DNA of 64,000 nucleotides from Patescibacteria group bacterium (GTDB taxonomy: Bacteria > Patescibacteriota > Patescibacteriia > UM-FILTER-42-10): the NCBI GenBank assembly GCA_041666485.1, contig JBAYGW010000004.1:10341-74340 (forward strand), given 5' to 3'. Below the pieces are notes generated by a model. The model was not told the DNA's origin, made no database searches, and worked only from the letters and a program-made list of their open reading frames with translations. This document shows, in pieces, positions 8,456 to 16,534 of the stretch. The position numbers and the translations under genes were made by a program. Position 1 is the first letter of the stretch. Every line of letters starts with the position of its first letter.

Positions 8456-9019
8456 ATGAATGAAAGTATAAAATATCCGCATGCAGCGGAAGAAGGAGTA
8501 ACCCCGGAAATGGATCAGGCCCGAAAACTGGGGTTATTAGAACCTATGGAGGATACGCTGGAATGGTTGGATATTAAGGCAGATATTCATCTCAAATACA
8601 ATGACAAAAAAGCCAGACAGCTAGAAGAGCAAACGCAATCTGATTATTTAATTGCAAAAGAAAAGGATGATGTGGGTAATTTGCAGGATCCGCATGAGAG
8701 ACCAAATCTTGAATCAAAATTTGCTATTGATACAGGACTGGTGGAAGCAAGAAGGTTGCGTGAAGCAAATAACACAATGGAAAAAGAAATCGCCGACATG
8801 CTTCTAGGTCATGATTTTGAACAGTTTCGCACACCAAACCAAGCACAATTACAGGCTATTCGTGAAGCACTTCACGTCGCCTATCAGCAAGATCCAGAGA
8901 TCAATGATCGGATAAAGGCGAAAGAACGCATCAGAGAAATTATTGCATTAGAAAAACAGTTAGCTGAATTGCTTGTAATTTTTGGACAAGAGGTGCAGGA
9001 TGTTGTCAGTAGACAATAA
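8456..9019 (+). CDS. Hypothetical helical/coiled-coil protein
   Basis: 187-aa ORF after TGGTATAAT (8419-8427). Confidence 0.7.
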   Translation: MNESIKYPHAAEEGVTPEMDQARKLGLLEPMEDTLEWLDIKADIHLKYNDKKARQLEEQTQSDYLIAKEKDDVGNLQDPHERPNLESKFAIDTGLVEARRLREANNTMEKEIADMLLGHDFEQFRTPNQAQLQAIREALHVAYQQDPEINDRIKAKERIREIIALEKQLAELLVIFGQEVQDVVSRQ

Positions 9020-9044
9020 TAATTTAGTGATATGAATTACGTCC

Positions 9045-9147
9045 AACCCCCCCCTAACCCCCCTCCTTAGGAAGGAGAGGGGGTGCGGTTCGCAAGGAAT
9101 AGGGAAGTGTTTAGTTCCTCTCCTTTTTAAGGGGAGGATTTAGGAGG
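9045..9147. repeat. REP-like palindrome pair (cccctcctt..aaggagagggg family)
   Basis: ccctaaccccctccttaggaaggagagggg ... cctctcctttttaaggggaggatttaggagg. Confidence 0.65.
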
Positions 9148-9153
9148 CGTAAT

Positions 9154-9192
9154 AAAAAAATACCGCCGGGCTCTCAGAGGAGAGGGGCGGTT
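9154..9192 (-). terminator. Intrinsic terminator of zincin-like gene
   Basis: accgcc..ctctc/gagag..ggcggt stem with A tract on + (U tract on -). Confidence 0.65.
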
Positions 9193-9222
9193 TTCGGATT
9201 GCCTACAGAGTAGGCGAAGGTG

Positions 9223-10113
9223 CTATTCCAAACGCTCTTGGAGCGGGTCAAAGTCCGAGTAGAGCGCGAGCAGGAAATCAATCATGTCGGCTCCGAAATC
9301 CTCGTCGGATACGGCGTACTGCTCAATCGTGAGCATGTTGGCGCTCACAACCAAGTCGGTTCCGTAGAAGCCGACATCAAGCGGAGATTCAATCGGAACG
9401 CATTTGCGTATCCGATCTTCGTCATCGGTCAACGGACCCATCGTGTAGGCGTAGGGTTCATGACCTTCCGCAACGGTGATCTGCTGGCGCTGCAAAGCGC
9501 TTTCGCGAGTGGCGGCGAGCCACTTCCCTTCGGTCATCTCGTTGATGATCATGAACACCGCATGGTGTGCCTCGTACTCCTCAAGGAGCCACGGGTCGGA
9601 AAGCGGTTCCGTAACCGTTCCCTCTTCGTCGTAGTCGTTCTCCGTGCAGTCCCGGGCGTGGACGATTTCATGTGCGAGGCAGAGCCCGCGCACGAGCTGT
9701 CCGAAACCGCAGGTTGTGAGCTTCACCGAACGCGATTCGCAGAAGAATTCCGCGAAAATCGCATCTTCCTCCCGAAGGAGCGGAATCGGATTCGGATCCG
9801 CCACGATGAAGAAGTCTAGCGGACTGTCCAGTGTTTCCACCACCTCAAAGAGCTGGGAATCAACGAACTTCGCACGCACGGCATGCGCGTCGTAGAACTC
9901 CAGGAGCTCCTTGGCGGTTGCCGACTGCTCGGCGAGTGCCGCGAGGTCTTCCCGCGCCGTGTCAAGAATCCGGTTCTCGGGCTCGGTCAGCACAGGTAGA
10001 GCCAGTGCGGAGGAGACGGGCTCCTCCTGAGACTGAGCAGGGACACAGTAGGCGAAGGCGCACAGGGTGGGAATGAGGGACAGGTACAAAGCGACCTTAT
10101 GCCACGTACGCAT
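9223..10113 (-). CDS. Secreted zincin-like metalloprotease (HEXXH), GC-rich
   Basis: Signal peptide MRTWHKVALYLSLIPTLCAFAYC; LAHEIVHA plus downstream EEYEAH; SD GAAAGGA; promoter TGGACA-17-TATACA upstream. Confidence 0.7.
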   Translation of the reverse strand: MRTWHKVALYLSLIPTLCAFAYCVPAQSQEEPVSSALALPVLTEPENRILDTAREDLAALAEQSATAKELLEFYDAHAVRAKFVDSQLFEVVETLDSPLDFFIVADPNPIPLLREEDAIFAEFFCESRSVKLTTCGFGQLVRGLCLAHEIVHARDCTENDYDEEGTVTEPLSDPWLLEEYEAHHAVFMIINEMTEGKWLAATRESALQRQQITVAEGHEPYAYTMGPLTDDEDRIRKCVPIESPLDVGFYGTDLVVSANMLTIEQYAVSDEDFGADMIDFLLALYSDFDPLQERLE

Positions 10114-10390
10114 GAGCGGTTCCATCCTTTCGGGTCTTCCTAGTCTTTTCTTTGGTTGCTGTGTGAAAATTGTGCCTGTACTACGATCCTCGGTCAGAAA
10201 CCTGCAAATCTCCTTTCAACAGGAATTCTGACTACACTGTATAACATGATATTATATTTTTGTCCAGAGTGGTTAAAGATAATTAATCATTCGCGAATTA
10301 AAAATGTATATAAATCTTGCAAAAAACTGCTGTTATGCTAGGGTTGCGATAGTCGTGAGTTATTTGATGCCTGCAGAAAGGACGGATGCT

Positions 10391-10612
10391 ATGAGTCATC
10401 GGTTCACTCCAGCCCGCCTCAACGAGGTATTGGTTGCTGCCAATGCTTCGCGCCAGCCGGAAGCGGTTGAAGCGACAACTCTGCTGCGGGACTTCATGGA
10501 GCGCGAAGATCTGATCGGCTCCGATGAAACCGACCGGCATGTGCATGTGCCGGAAGACCTGGTCGGCATCATTGAATACCCCTGGAACGGGCATTCCCAG
10601 TCGGCTCTCTAG
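10391..10612 (+). CDS. Small GC-rich hypothetical protein (73 aa)
   Basis: SD GAAAGGA before ATG 10391; followed by hairpin ctctttc/gaaagag plus T run (10642-10667). Confidence 0.55.
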   Translation: MSHRFTPARLNEVLVAANASRQPEAVEATTLLRDFMEREDLIGSDETDRHVHVPEDLVGIIEYPWNGHSQSAL

Positions 10613-10688
10613 TACATCTGCGGTTCCCAGAAACCGCGCCACTCTTTCCTGACTGAAAGAGTTTTTTATTTAAAACATTATGACAATT

Positions 10689-10726
10689 AAAAAAATCGAG
10701 GGTGAGTCCGGATGGGCTCACTCTCG
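10689..10726 (-). terminator. Intrinsic terminator
   Basis: cgagggtgagtcc-ggat-gggctcactctcg stem, A tract on + strand. Confidence 0.8.
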
Positions 10727-10801
10727 GGTTAAAGGAATGATCAGATGATGAAAAGCAGAAGGTGTGGTGCAACAGTGGACGCGCGGGATCGCGGGTCAGG
10801 A

Positions 10802-11344
10802 TCAGAGGTCGATGCGCTCAGTCGGAGCGTCACCGCCCTGATCGTCCGCAGCGGGAGCAGTCGCCTCCATGGCCTGCCCGGTCTCGGCACCAGCGGCAGC
10901 CTGGTCGCCGGCCGCGACAACGGCCGGGTCCACCTCGGGAGCGGCGTTGACATCCGCAGCGGCGGCCACGACGGGAGCCTCCACGCTGGCGGCAGCGAGC
11001 GGGGTCGCATCCGTCCCATCCTCGTCACCGAGCTGGGGATTGCCGACGGTTGCGGCGGCCTGATGCTCGGCGTGAGCCTCGTCCTCGTCCTCGGGCACGT
11101 CCTCCCAGGGCACGTCCTCGGGGATCAGCAGGGTGCCGATCATGAGGTCGCCTTCGGCGATGAGGTCGTAGAGACCGACTTTGGCCACCGTCGGCTCCCC
11201 CTCGTCGGACAGGCCGAGGATCACGATCAGGTGCTGGTTCTCGTCGTACTGGATCCCTCTCGCCTTGAGGGTCTCCAGGACGGGGGTGCCTTCCTCCCCC
11301 TCGAACAGCGGATGGAGACGGAGGCAGGGTTTTGTTCTTGACAT
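10802..11344 (-). CDS. GC-rich acidic hypothetical protein with Ala/Asp/Glu low-complexity tail
   Basis: SD AAGGAG before ATG 11344; promoter TTGACA-17-TAACAT on minus strand; own terminator. Confidence 0.7.
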   Translation of the reverse strand: MSRTKPCLRLHPLFEGEEGTPVLETLKARGIQYDENQHLIVILGLSDEGEPTVAKVGLYDLIAEGDLMIGTLLIPEDVPWEDVPEDEDEAHAEHQAAATVGNPQLGDEDGTDATPLAAASVEAPVVAAAADVNAAPEVDPAVVAAGDQAAAGAETGQAMEATAPAADDQGGDAPTERIDL

Positions 11345-11659
11345 CGCACACACTCCTTCTTGGGAACGGGACCATAATTTGCCGACGGCTTATCCGCCAG
11401 CAGCGAACATGTCAGATGTTATCACGCCTTTTTGTCTATGTCAAAATGCCTTTCAAACTGTGGATTTACAGACGGCTGCTAATCCTTTATGCGGTTTTTG
11501 AAAACCGCAATTAATTTATTCTCACTGAGGAGAGTTTATTTATTGCAAAAAAATAAAATAATGCTTTGTATTTATAGTTGACATTCTATAATCATGGGTG
11601 TTAAATGGGCATGAAAACCAAAACACGAAACCGTTGCTCTTTGAAAGGGGGTGACCACC

Positions 11660-12085
11660 ATGCTAGCAGTCTTTCAAATTGAACCGGGCGCATTGTTCGG
11701 GATAATACTAGTGGCTGTAATAGCAGCAATCGGAATTTGGGTACAAGTTGATGCTGCTACTGCAAAAACCCGGCAAGAAGAGGAATTCAAAGAACAAAGG
11801 AGATTAGCAAAAGAGAAAAAAAATCAGGAATACAGAGAGGGGTCGGCTCGCGAGGAACAATCAGATGAGGAAAGGTACAGGCAAAAACAAGTAAGCGATG
11901 AAGAACGTGATCGGGAAATGCGACCAATACTGGAAGCTGCTATAGCAAGAGGGGAAAAGGTTTGTTGGACACATTATATTGTTGGTGTCCAATATTGCAA
12001 TAGGGGGTGTGGTCGTTGTCTTTGTCTCGAAGGTGGCCCAATGTGTGATCAGTGTTGGTTTGATGATCATGACGACGATGACTAG
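11660..12085 (+). CDS. Membrane-anchored protein with charged coil, Cys-rich C-terminal domain and acidic tail
   Basis: TM helix; CWTH..YCNRGCGRCLC...MCDQCWFDDHDDDD; SD AAGGGGGTGA; TTGACA at 11578; terminator 12093-12119. Confidence 0.75.
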   Translation: MLAVFQIEPGALFGIILVAVIAAIGIWVQVDAATAKTRQEEEFKEQRRLAKEKKNQEYREGSAREEQSDEERYRQKQVSDEERDREMRPILEAAIARGEKVCWTHYIVGVQYCNRGCGRCLCLEGGPMCDQCWFDDHDDDD

Positions 12086-12173
12086 TTCGTTCAAGACTCT
12101 TTAGTTTAGAGTCTTTTTTATCGAATTGTTAATTATATTTCACCTGAATAATAAATTGTGCTACGATTAAGCT

Positions 12174-12905
12174 ATGAATTTAGCAGAGAAATTGGAGTTG
12201 TACTTCTTTGACCCAATGAGAGGGGAGGAGGACTATTTTAAACGGTTCAAAGAGTGCACCGATATTCAGATTTCCTACGCGCCGCTGTATTTATTACGCC
12301 GGCAGATATTATTGTTGACCGGCAAACTGATTACATTTCCCAACCCGCCCATTCATCAGATTCCGTATTTTTCCGCCATTCTCCTGGCACACATTGCGGT
12401 AAAAAAAATGACTATGCTGTCCAGCGGTCAGGACTACGTTAAGTACGGCGATTATATTTTGTTTTATGATAAATACATGGGCATGAAGCCGCTGGATTAT
12501 GTGGCGGCCAGACTTCTGCGTAATGGAATAGAACACAATAATTTCCAGTTGTATATGCGTCTGAAAGCGGACAGCGCACCAATGTTCCGCGAGTTCGCCC
12601 GATATTTTATTAATAATAAAATTATGACCCGTGAGCAGCTGAGGTCTATGCGCAATTTTAACGTAACGTTTGCGATGGTGGAAACAGGTCACACTGGCGC
12701 GATTGTTTCTCCACCGGAACTGTTAAAATTTGATCCGGAGCTGGGTATCGCACGGATCCAGTTCTATATTCAGCCATATCTATTTTTGGAAGCATTTGAA
12801 AAGGGGGTGCAGAAAGTGGAACAAGATATCCGTGATTCAAAAGAATTGAAAGAGAATTTTGACCGTGCTGTGATTGAAGCAAACTGGATGGATGTGCATC
12901 CGTAA
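12174..12905 (+). CDS. HEPN-like domain protein (putative RNase)
   Basis: Helical protein with RxxxxH motif LLRNGIEHN. Confidence 0.5.
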   Translation: MNLAEKLELYFFDPMRGEEDYFKRFKECTDIQISYAPLYLLRRQILLLTGKLITFPNPPIHQIPYFSAILLAHIAVKKMTMLSSGQDYVKYGDYILFYDKYMGMKPLDYVAARLLRNGIEHNNFQLYMRLKADSAPMFREFARYFINNKIMTREQLRSMRNFNVTFAMVETGHTGAIVSPPELLKFDPELGIARIQFYIQPYLFLEAFEKGVQKVEQDIRDSKELKENFDRAVIEANWMDVHP

Positions 12906-12921
12906 TCGGTACTTAAAAAGT

Positions 12922-12955
12922 GTAATTAGTAATTGGTAACTGGTAATTCGTAATC
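12922..12955 (+). repeat. Heptamer tandem array (GTAATNN)
   Basis: gtaatta-gtaattg-gtaactg-gtaattc-gtaatc. Confidence 0.65.
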
Positions 12956-13000
12956 TCTAATATTCATCTGAATTGATGTGTGTTTTTGTTTTAGGAAAAT

Positions 13001-13053
13001 AAAAAAAATCGAGGGGGAGAGAACAATGCTTGCGCAATGTTTCTCCCGCCTCG
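13001..13053 (-). terminator. Intrinsic terminator of barrel/lipoprotein operon
   Basis: cgagggggagagaaca...tgtttctcccgcctcg stem, A tract on + strand. Confidence 0.75.
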
Positions 13054-13091
13054 GGGTGACCCCGCTAAGCGGGATCTAGGAACGACTAGTG

Positions 13092-15197
13092 CTATTCGGC
13101 CGGATTGTACGTGGTACTTTCCAGACGAACGACGGGGATTTCATCGTAGGCTGAGGGGACTTCGTAGCATCCCATCAGCTTCTGCATGTACACCCAGCCG
13201 GTGCACTTGTTGGCGTCGCCGGTCCAGACGATACGAATCTCCTGGATATTCTCAAGATCGGCTTCACCGAAGTCCACCAGCAGGTAGGCCGGACGCTGCG
13301 GGTACAGATCCGGGATCGTCCAGTAACGAACGGAGCCGTTAGTGTACCGGAACTCCATGATCGTGTCCTCGTGCTGGAGGACATCAAACTTGAACAGTCC
13401 CCACATCCGCTGCCAGTAGGGGTGACCGGTCGTCACGAACGCGCAGTCCGTGAGATCGCCCGGTCCCACCTTGAAGTCGTTGATGTCAACTTCCCAGCAG
13501 ATGGTCTCCGGATCCGAAGCGGACCGGACGCGGATGTTGATTTCGCGTTGCTGAACTTCGCCGGTGACGTTGTCCGTCACCTCAACGTAGAACAGGTGAT
13601 TACCCGCGTTCAGCTCAGGATACTCGCAGACCGGGGTGGTCGCGAACGGAAACTGCTCCAGGTAACCCCACTTCACCGAGTTATCGCCGGAGCCACCCTG
13701 GATGATCACCTGGAGGCTCGCGGTCACAGGTTCCACTTCGTCCTGCGGACTGCCGAAGATCTGGGTGGTCATCGGCGGGTACTGCAGTGCTTTCACGCGG
13801 ATGGCGACGTCCTCGTTCAGAACGAGACCGGTGACGTTGTCCGTCACCTGCACGTGGAACACGTGTACGCCGGCCATCAGACCCATCACTTCAACTGCCG
13901 GAGTGGTGCCGACGACGACGTTACTGTCGTTGGTCCACTCGTAGCTGAAGTCGCCCGAACCGTTATTCACGGTCACCAGCATATTGCCGTTCACCGGCTC
14001 GGTCTCGTCCTGCGGGGTAACGAAGGTTGTGATACCCATCGGGATGATGGGATCGTCCTCGCGGGGCAGAGCGGTGACGGTAACGGTTTGCTGTCTCACC
14101 TGGCCGGTTGCGTCGGTGACGGTGGCCTGGAAACAGCGGGTGCCGGGCTGGGTGATACTGAGACGCACACTGCGTGTGGTTGCGAAGACGTTGCCGTTCT
14201 CGCTCCACACGTGCACGAAGGGGTAGATCCCTCCGAACTCGTGCATGGTCAGCGTGGTCTCAAACGAAACCGGGATCCCACTCGTGGAAGCAGTCGCATC
14301 CATGTCGAGCGGAGTCGGATCGTCCGTGTCCACATACACCGTCAAGTCCTGGAAGGTGGAGCCGTTGCCGGTGCCATCGTCCAAGAAAACGGTAAAGGTA
14401 TGTGTGCCGTCGGGGAGATTCGGGTATGCGGCGAACAGACTCTGCGAGAACATAACGCCCTCGTAGAACCACCGGTAATGGTAGTTTCCGTCACCGCCGG
14501 ACCCGTGCGCTTCCAGATAGGCTTTGTCGCCGATCGCGAAGCCGAAGGCATCCAGCGTCAGAGCGTGGAGTTCCCCAGGAGCGCCGGCACAGATGGTACG
14601 GTTGAAGGTGACTTCGTTGCCGTCGGCATCGGTGATCGTGCCGACCACTGCGTAGTTTCCCGGCTGTTCGGCCCGGAACCGGATGGACGGTTCGGTGTAC
14701 ACCGCACCGTTCACGATGATGTCAAACGAGTAGGGCAGTTTCCCACCCCAGCCGATGAGCGAGATTGACGCTTCGTAAGGCGCCATCAGGTCGTTCGGTG
14801 TGACGATCATCATACCCTGAAGCGGGCTGTCGGTTTCCACTTCCTGCTCGCTGGCCGTGACGGTCAGCTCGCGGGAGATGGTGGTGTCCGGGTAGACGAC
14901 CTTGAGCTCGAAGCTCCAGGAGCCGGGTTCGGGCGCCGTGAACACAGTGTCCGTTCCGGTAGCGTAGAACTGCCCATCCTTGTAGATTGCGACGTGTTCC
15001 GGATCGCCAAGCACGGTTCCCCAGAGGGTAGCCGTATCGACGTAGGGCCGAAACAGGTTGAGCGGTGAGGCGTTGAACGTCGCGCCGAATTCCGGAAGCA
15101 CAGGTGCCTGCGGCGCCACCAGATCAGCCTCGCTCTCGCAACCAGCGAGTACGAGGCCGAAGGCGCAGATCGCAAGCAAAGCGATGATTCTCTTCAT
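13092..15197 (-). CDS. Lipoprotein with tandem PKD/SprB-like Ig repeats, GC-rich
   Basis: Lipobox MKRIIALLAICAFGLVLAG/C; repeated GGxGxYxYxW...G.y.f.v.vtD units; SD GGAGG. Confidence 0.85.
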   Translation of the reverse strand: MKRIIALLAICAFGLVLAGCESEADLVAPQAPVLPEFGATFNASPLNLFRPYVDTATLWGTVLGDPEHVAIYKDGQFYATGTDTVFTAPEPGSWSFELKVVYPDTTISRELTVTASEQEVETDSPLQGMMIVTPNDLMAPYEASISLIGWGGKLPYSFDIIVNGAVYTEPSIRFRAEQPGNYAVVGTITDADGNEVTFNRTICAGAPGELHALTLDAFGFAIGDKAYLEAHGSGGDGNYHYRWFYEGVMFSQSLFAAYPNLPDGTHTFTVFLDDGTGNGSTFQDLTVYVDTDDPTPLDMDATASTSGIPVSFETTLTMHEFGGIYPFVHVWSENGNVFATTRSVRLSITQPGTRCFQATVTDATGQVRQQTVTVTALPREDDPIIPMGITTFVTPQDETEPVNGNMLVTVNNGSGDFSYEWTNDSNVVVGTTPAVEVMGLMAGVHVFHVQVTDNVTGLVLNEDVAIRVKALQYPPMTTQIFGSPQDEVEPVTASLQVIIQGGSGDNSVKWGYLEQFPFATTPVCEYPELNAGNHLFYVEVTDNVTGEVQQREINIRVRSASDPETICWEVDINDFKVGPGDLTDCAFVTTGHPYWQRMWGLFKFDVLQHEDTIMEFRYTNGSVRYWTIPDLYPQRPAYLLVDFGEADLENIQEIRIVWTGDANKCTGWVYMQKLMGCYEVPSAYDEIPVVRLESTTYNPAE

Positions 15198-15206
15198 CTT
15201 GACCTC

Positions 15207-16241
15207 CTACATACCGAAGTTGTAGTTGACGCCGGCGGCGATGGAAGGCTCGACCGAGCGATCCGTGCCGAGGCGATCGAAGAACATGAGACCGGGCGTG
15301 ATGTAGCCCAGGACGTGTCCCTTGGTGATCGCGAACCCTCCGTAAAGGCCGTAGCCGTTTTGGAGGTATTCGCCGAACGTCTCCACGCATTCGGAAGCGT
15401 AGAGGATCCGTGCCGTCAGACCGAACCACGGCTTATTCCCGTAGAAATGCGCCATGTTCAGGCTGAACAGCTTCTGCTCGACCGACTGCTCGACTGAGCC
15501 GAGATGCTCAGAGCCGAAACTGCCGTAGCCGAGAGTGCCCGAGATGAAGTTGCGTCCGCTCCGAATCCCGAAGGAAACGGATGGGACCAACGTGGGCTGG
15601 CCGCTTGATACGGTAACCCATTCCGCTCCGAACCCGAGCATGTAGCTCTTGTCGGAATTGGTCGGGTGAACCGGGTGAACACAGGGCGCCGGCCGCTCAA
15701 CGATGCGTTCGGTGACGATGCGTTCAACGACGACTCGTTCGGTCGACTTCGTCGGCAGCTTGTCCACGTAGATGTGGATGTAGCGGTCGCCGATGCGCTG
15801 GGAGCGGATGTGGAAGTAGTCAATCGGGACCTTGAACGGGTCCACACCGACGTACTCTAGCACCTGGTTGGCCGAAGCCTCCCGGGCGCCGTTCGTTCCT
15901 CCATCCCAGTCCAGATTCTGGGCATCAAAGTCAATGTCCTTGAACCTGGGGTCGTCCTTGAAGATCTCCAGGATTCCGTACTTCGTGGGGTCCGTGCAAC
16001 AGACCACCACGAGACGCTTGTTCCCGGCGCGGACGCTGTCCAGTTCGGTCCGGAACTCCGGCGTGACCAGCGGAAGAACCTCTTCCTTGGTCACCAGATG
16101 CCCGGGCTTTCCCTTCCCGAGCTGGATGAAGATGCCGCGATCCCGAGGGATCACGGTGTGGTCGGGCTGGTCCGCCTGCGCGATGCTCGATTCTGCGACC
16201 AGCATCAGCACGGCGATGAGAAACACGGTGATTTTCCTCAC
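15207..16241 (-). CDS. Secreted protein with divergent OmpA-like domain and C-terminal outer-membrane-type beta-barrel, GC-rich
   Basis: GTG start after SD GAAGGAG; signal peptide; about 8 amphipathic strands ending AGVNYNFGM. Confidence 0.6.
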   Translation of the reverse strand: MRKITVFLIAVLMLVAESSIAQADQPDHTVIPRDRGIFIQLGKGKPGHLVTKEEVLPLVTPEFRTELDSVRAGNKRLVVVCCTDPTKYGILEIFKDDPRFKDIDFDAQNLDWDGGTNGAREASANQVLEYVGVDPFKVPIDYFHIRSQRIGDRYIHIYVDKLPTKSTERVVVERIVTERIVERPAPCVHPVHPTNSDKSYMLGFGAEWVTVSSGQPTLVPSVSFGIRSGRNFISGTLGYGSFGSEHLGSVEQSVEQKLFSLNMAHFYGNKPWFGLTARILYASECVETFGEYLQNGYGLYGGFAITKGHVLGYITPGLMFFDRLGTDRSVEPSIAAGVNYNFGM

Positions 16242-16534
16242 TACTCTCTCCTTCAGTTGTGCTGTCATATCCATTATGACAGCGGGTGAAACCTCGAACG
16301 GGAACCAAACAAAACCAAAAACCACGTGAAACGACAGATTTTCAAATAGCACCTCTCCTAAAGATGAAACATCTCAGTAGAGGGGAATAAGGACATTTAC
16401 AAACATCCTGATTCCTCCCTTCTAACATGCAAAAAGCGTGGATTTATAGGTGAAATTATCCACTAAATATTATTTGAATTTATAAAGTATTTTTTCTGAT
16501 ATTACCACCTGATAGTAAATAATTACGACTGACT

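Noticed and set aside
11490-11509. Palindrome tgcggtttt-tg-aaaaccgca between divergent promoters
   Set aside because: Single copy with no cognate regulator visible; cannot support an operator call
13371-14768. 465-aa plus-strand ORF and other long ORFs overlapping the GC-rich genes (9220-9819, 10745-11341, 15832-16329)
   Set aside because: Antisense shadows of GC3-rich genes; the minus-strand frames carry the SD sites, terminators and, where present, signal peptides and motifs
9150-16400. Prophage or single genomic island explanation for GC-rich DNA
   Set aside because: No phage, integrase or att/tRNA features; GC-rich genes alternate with AT-rich spacers and genes rather than forming one block
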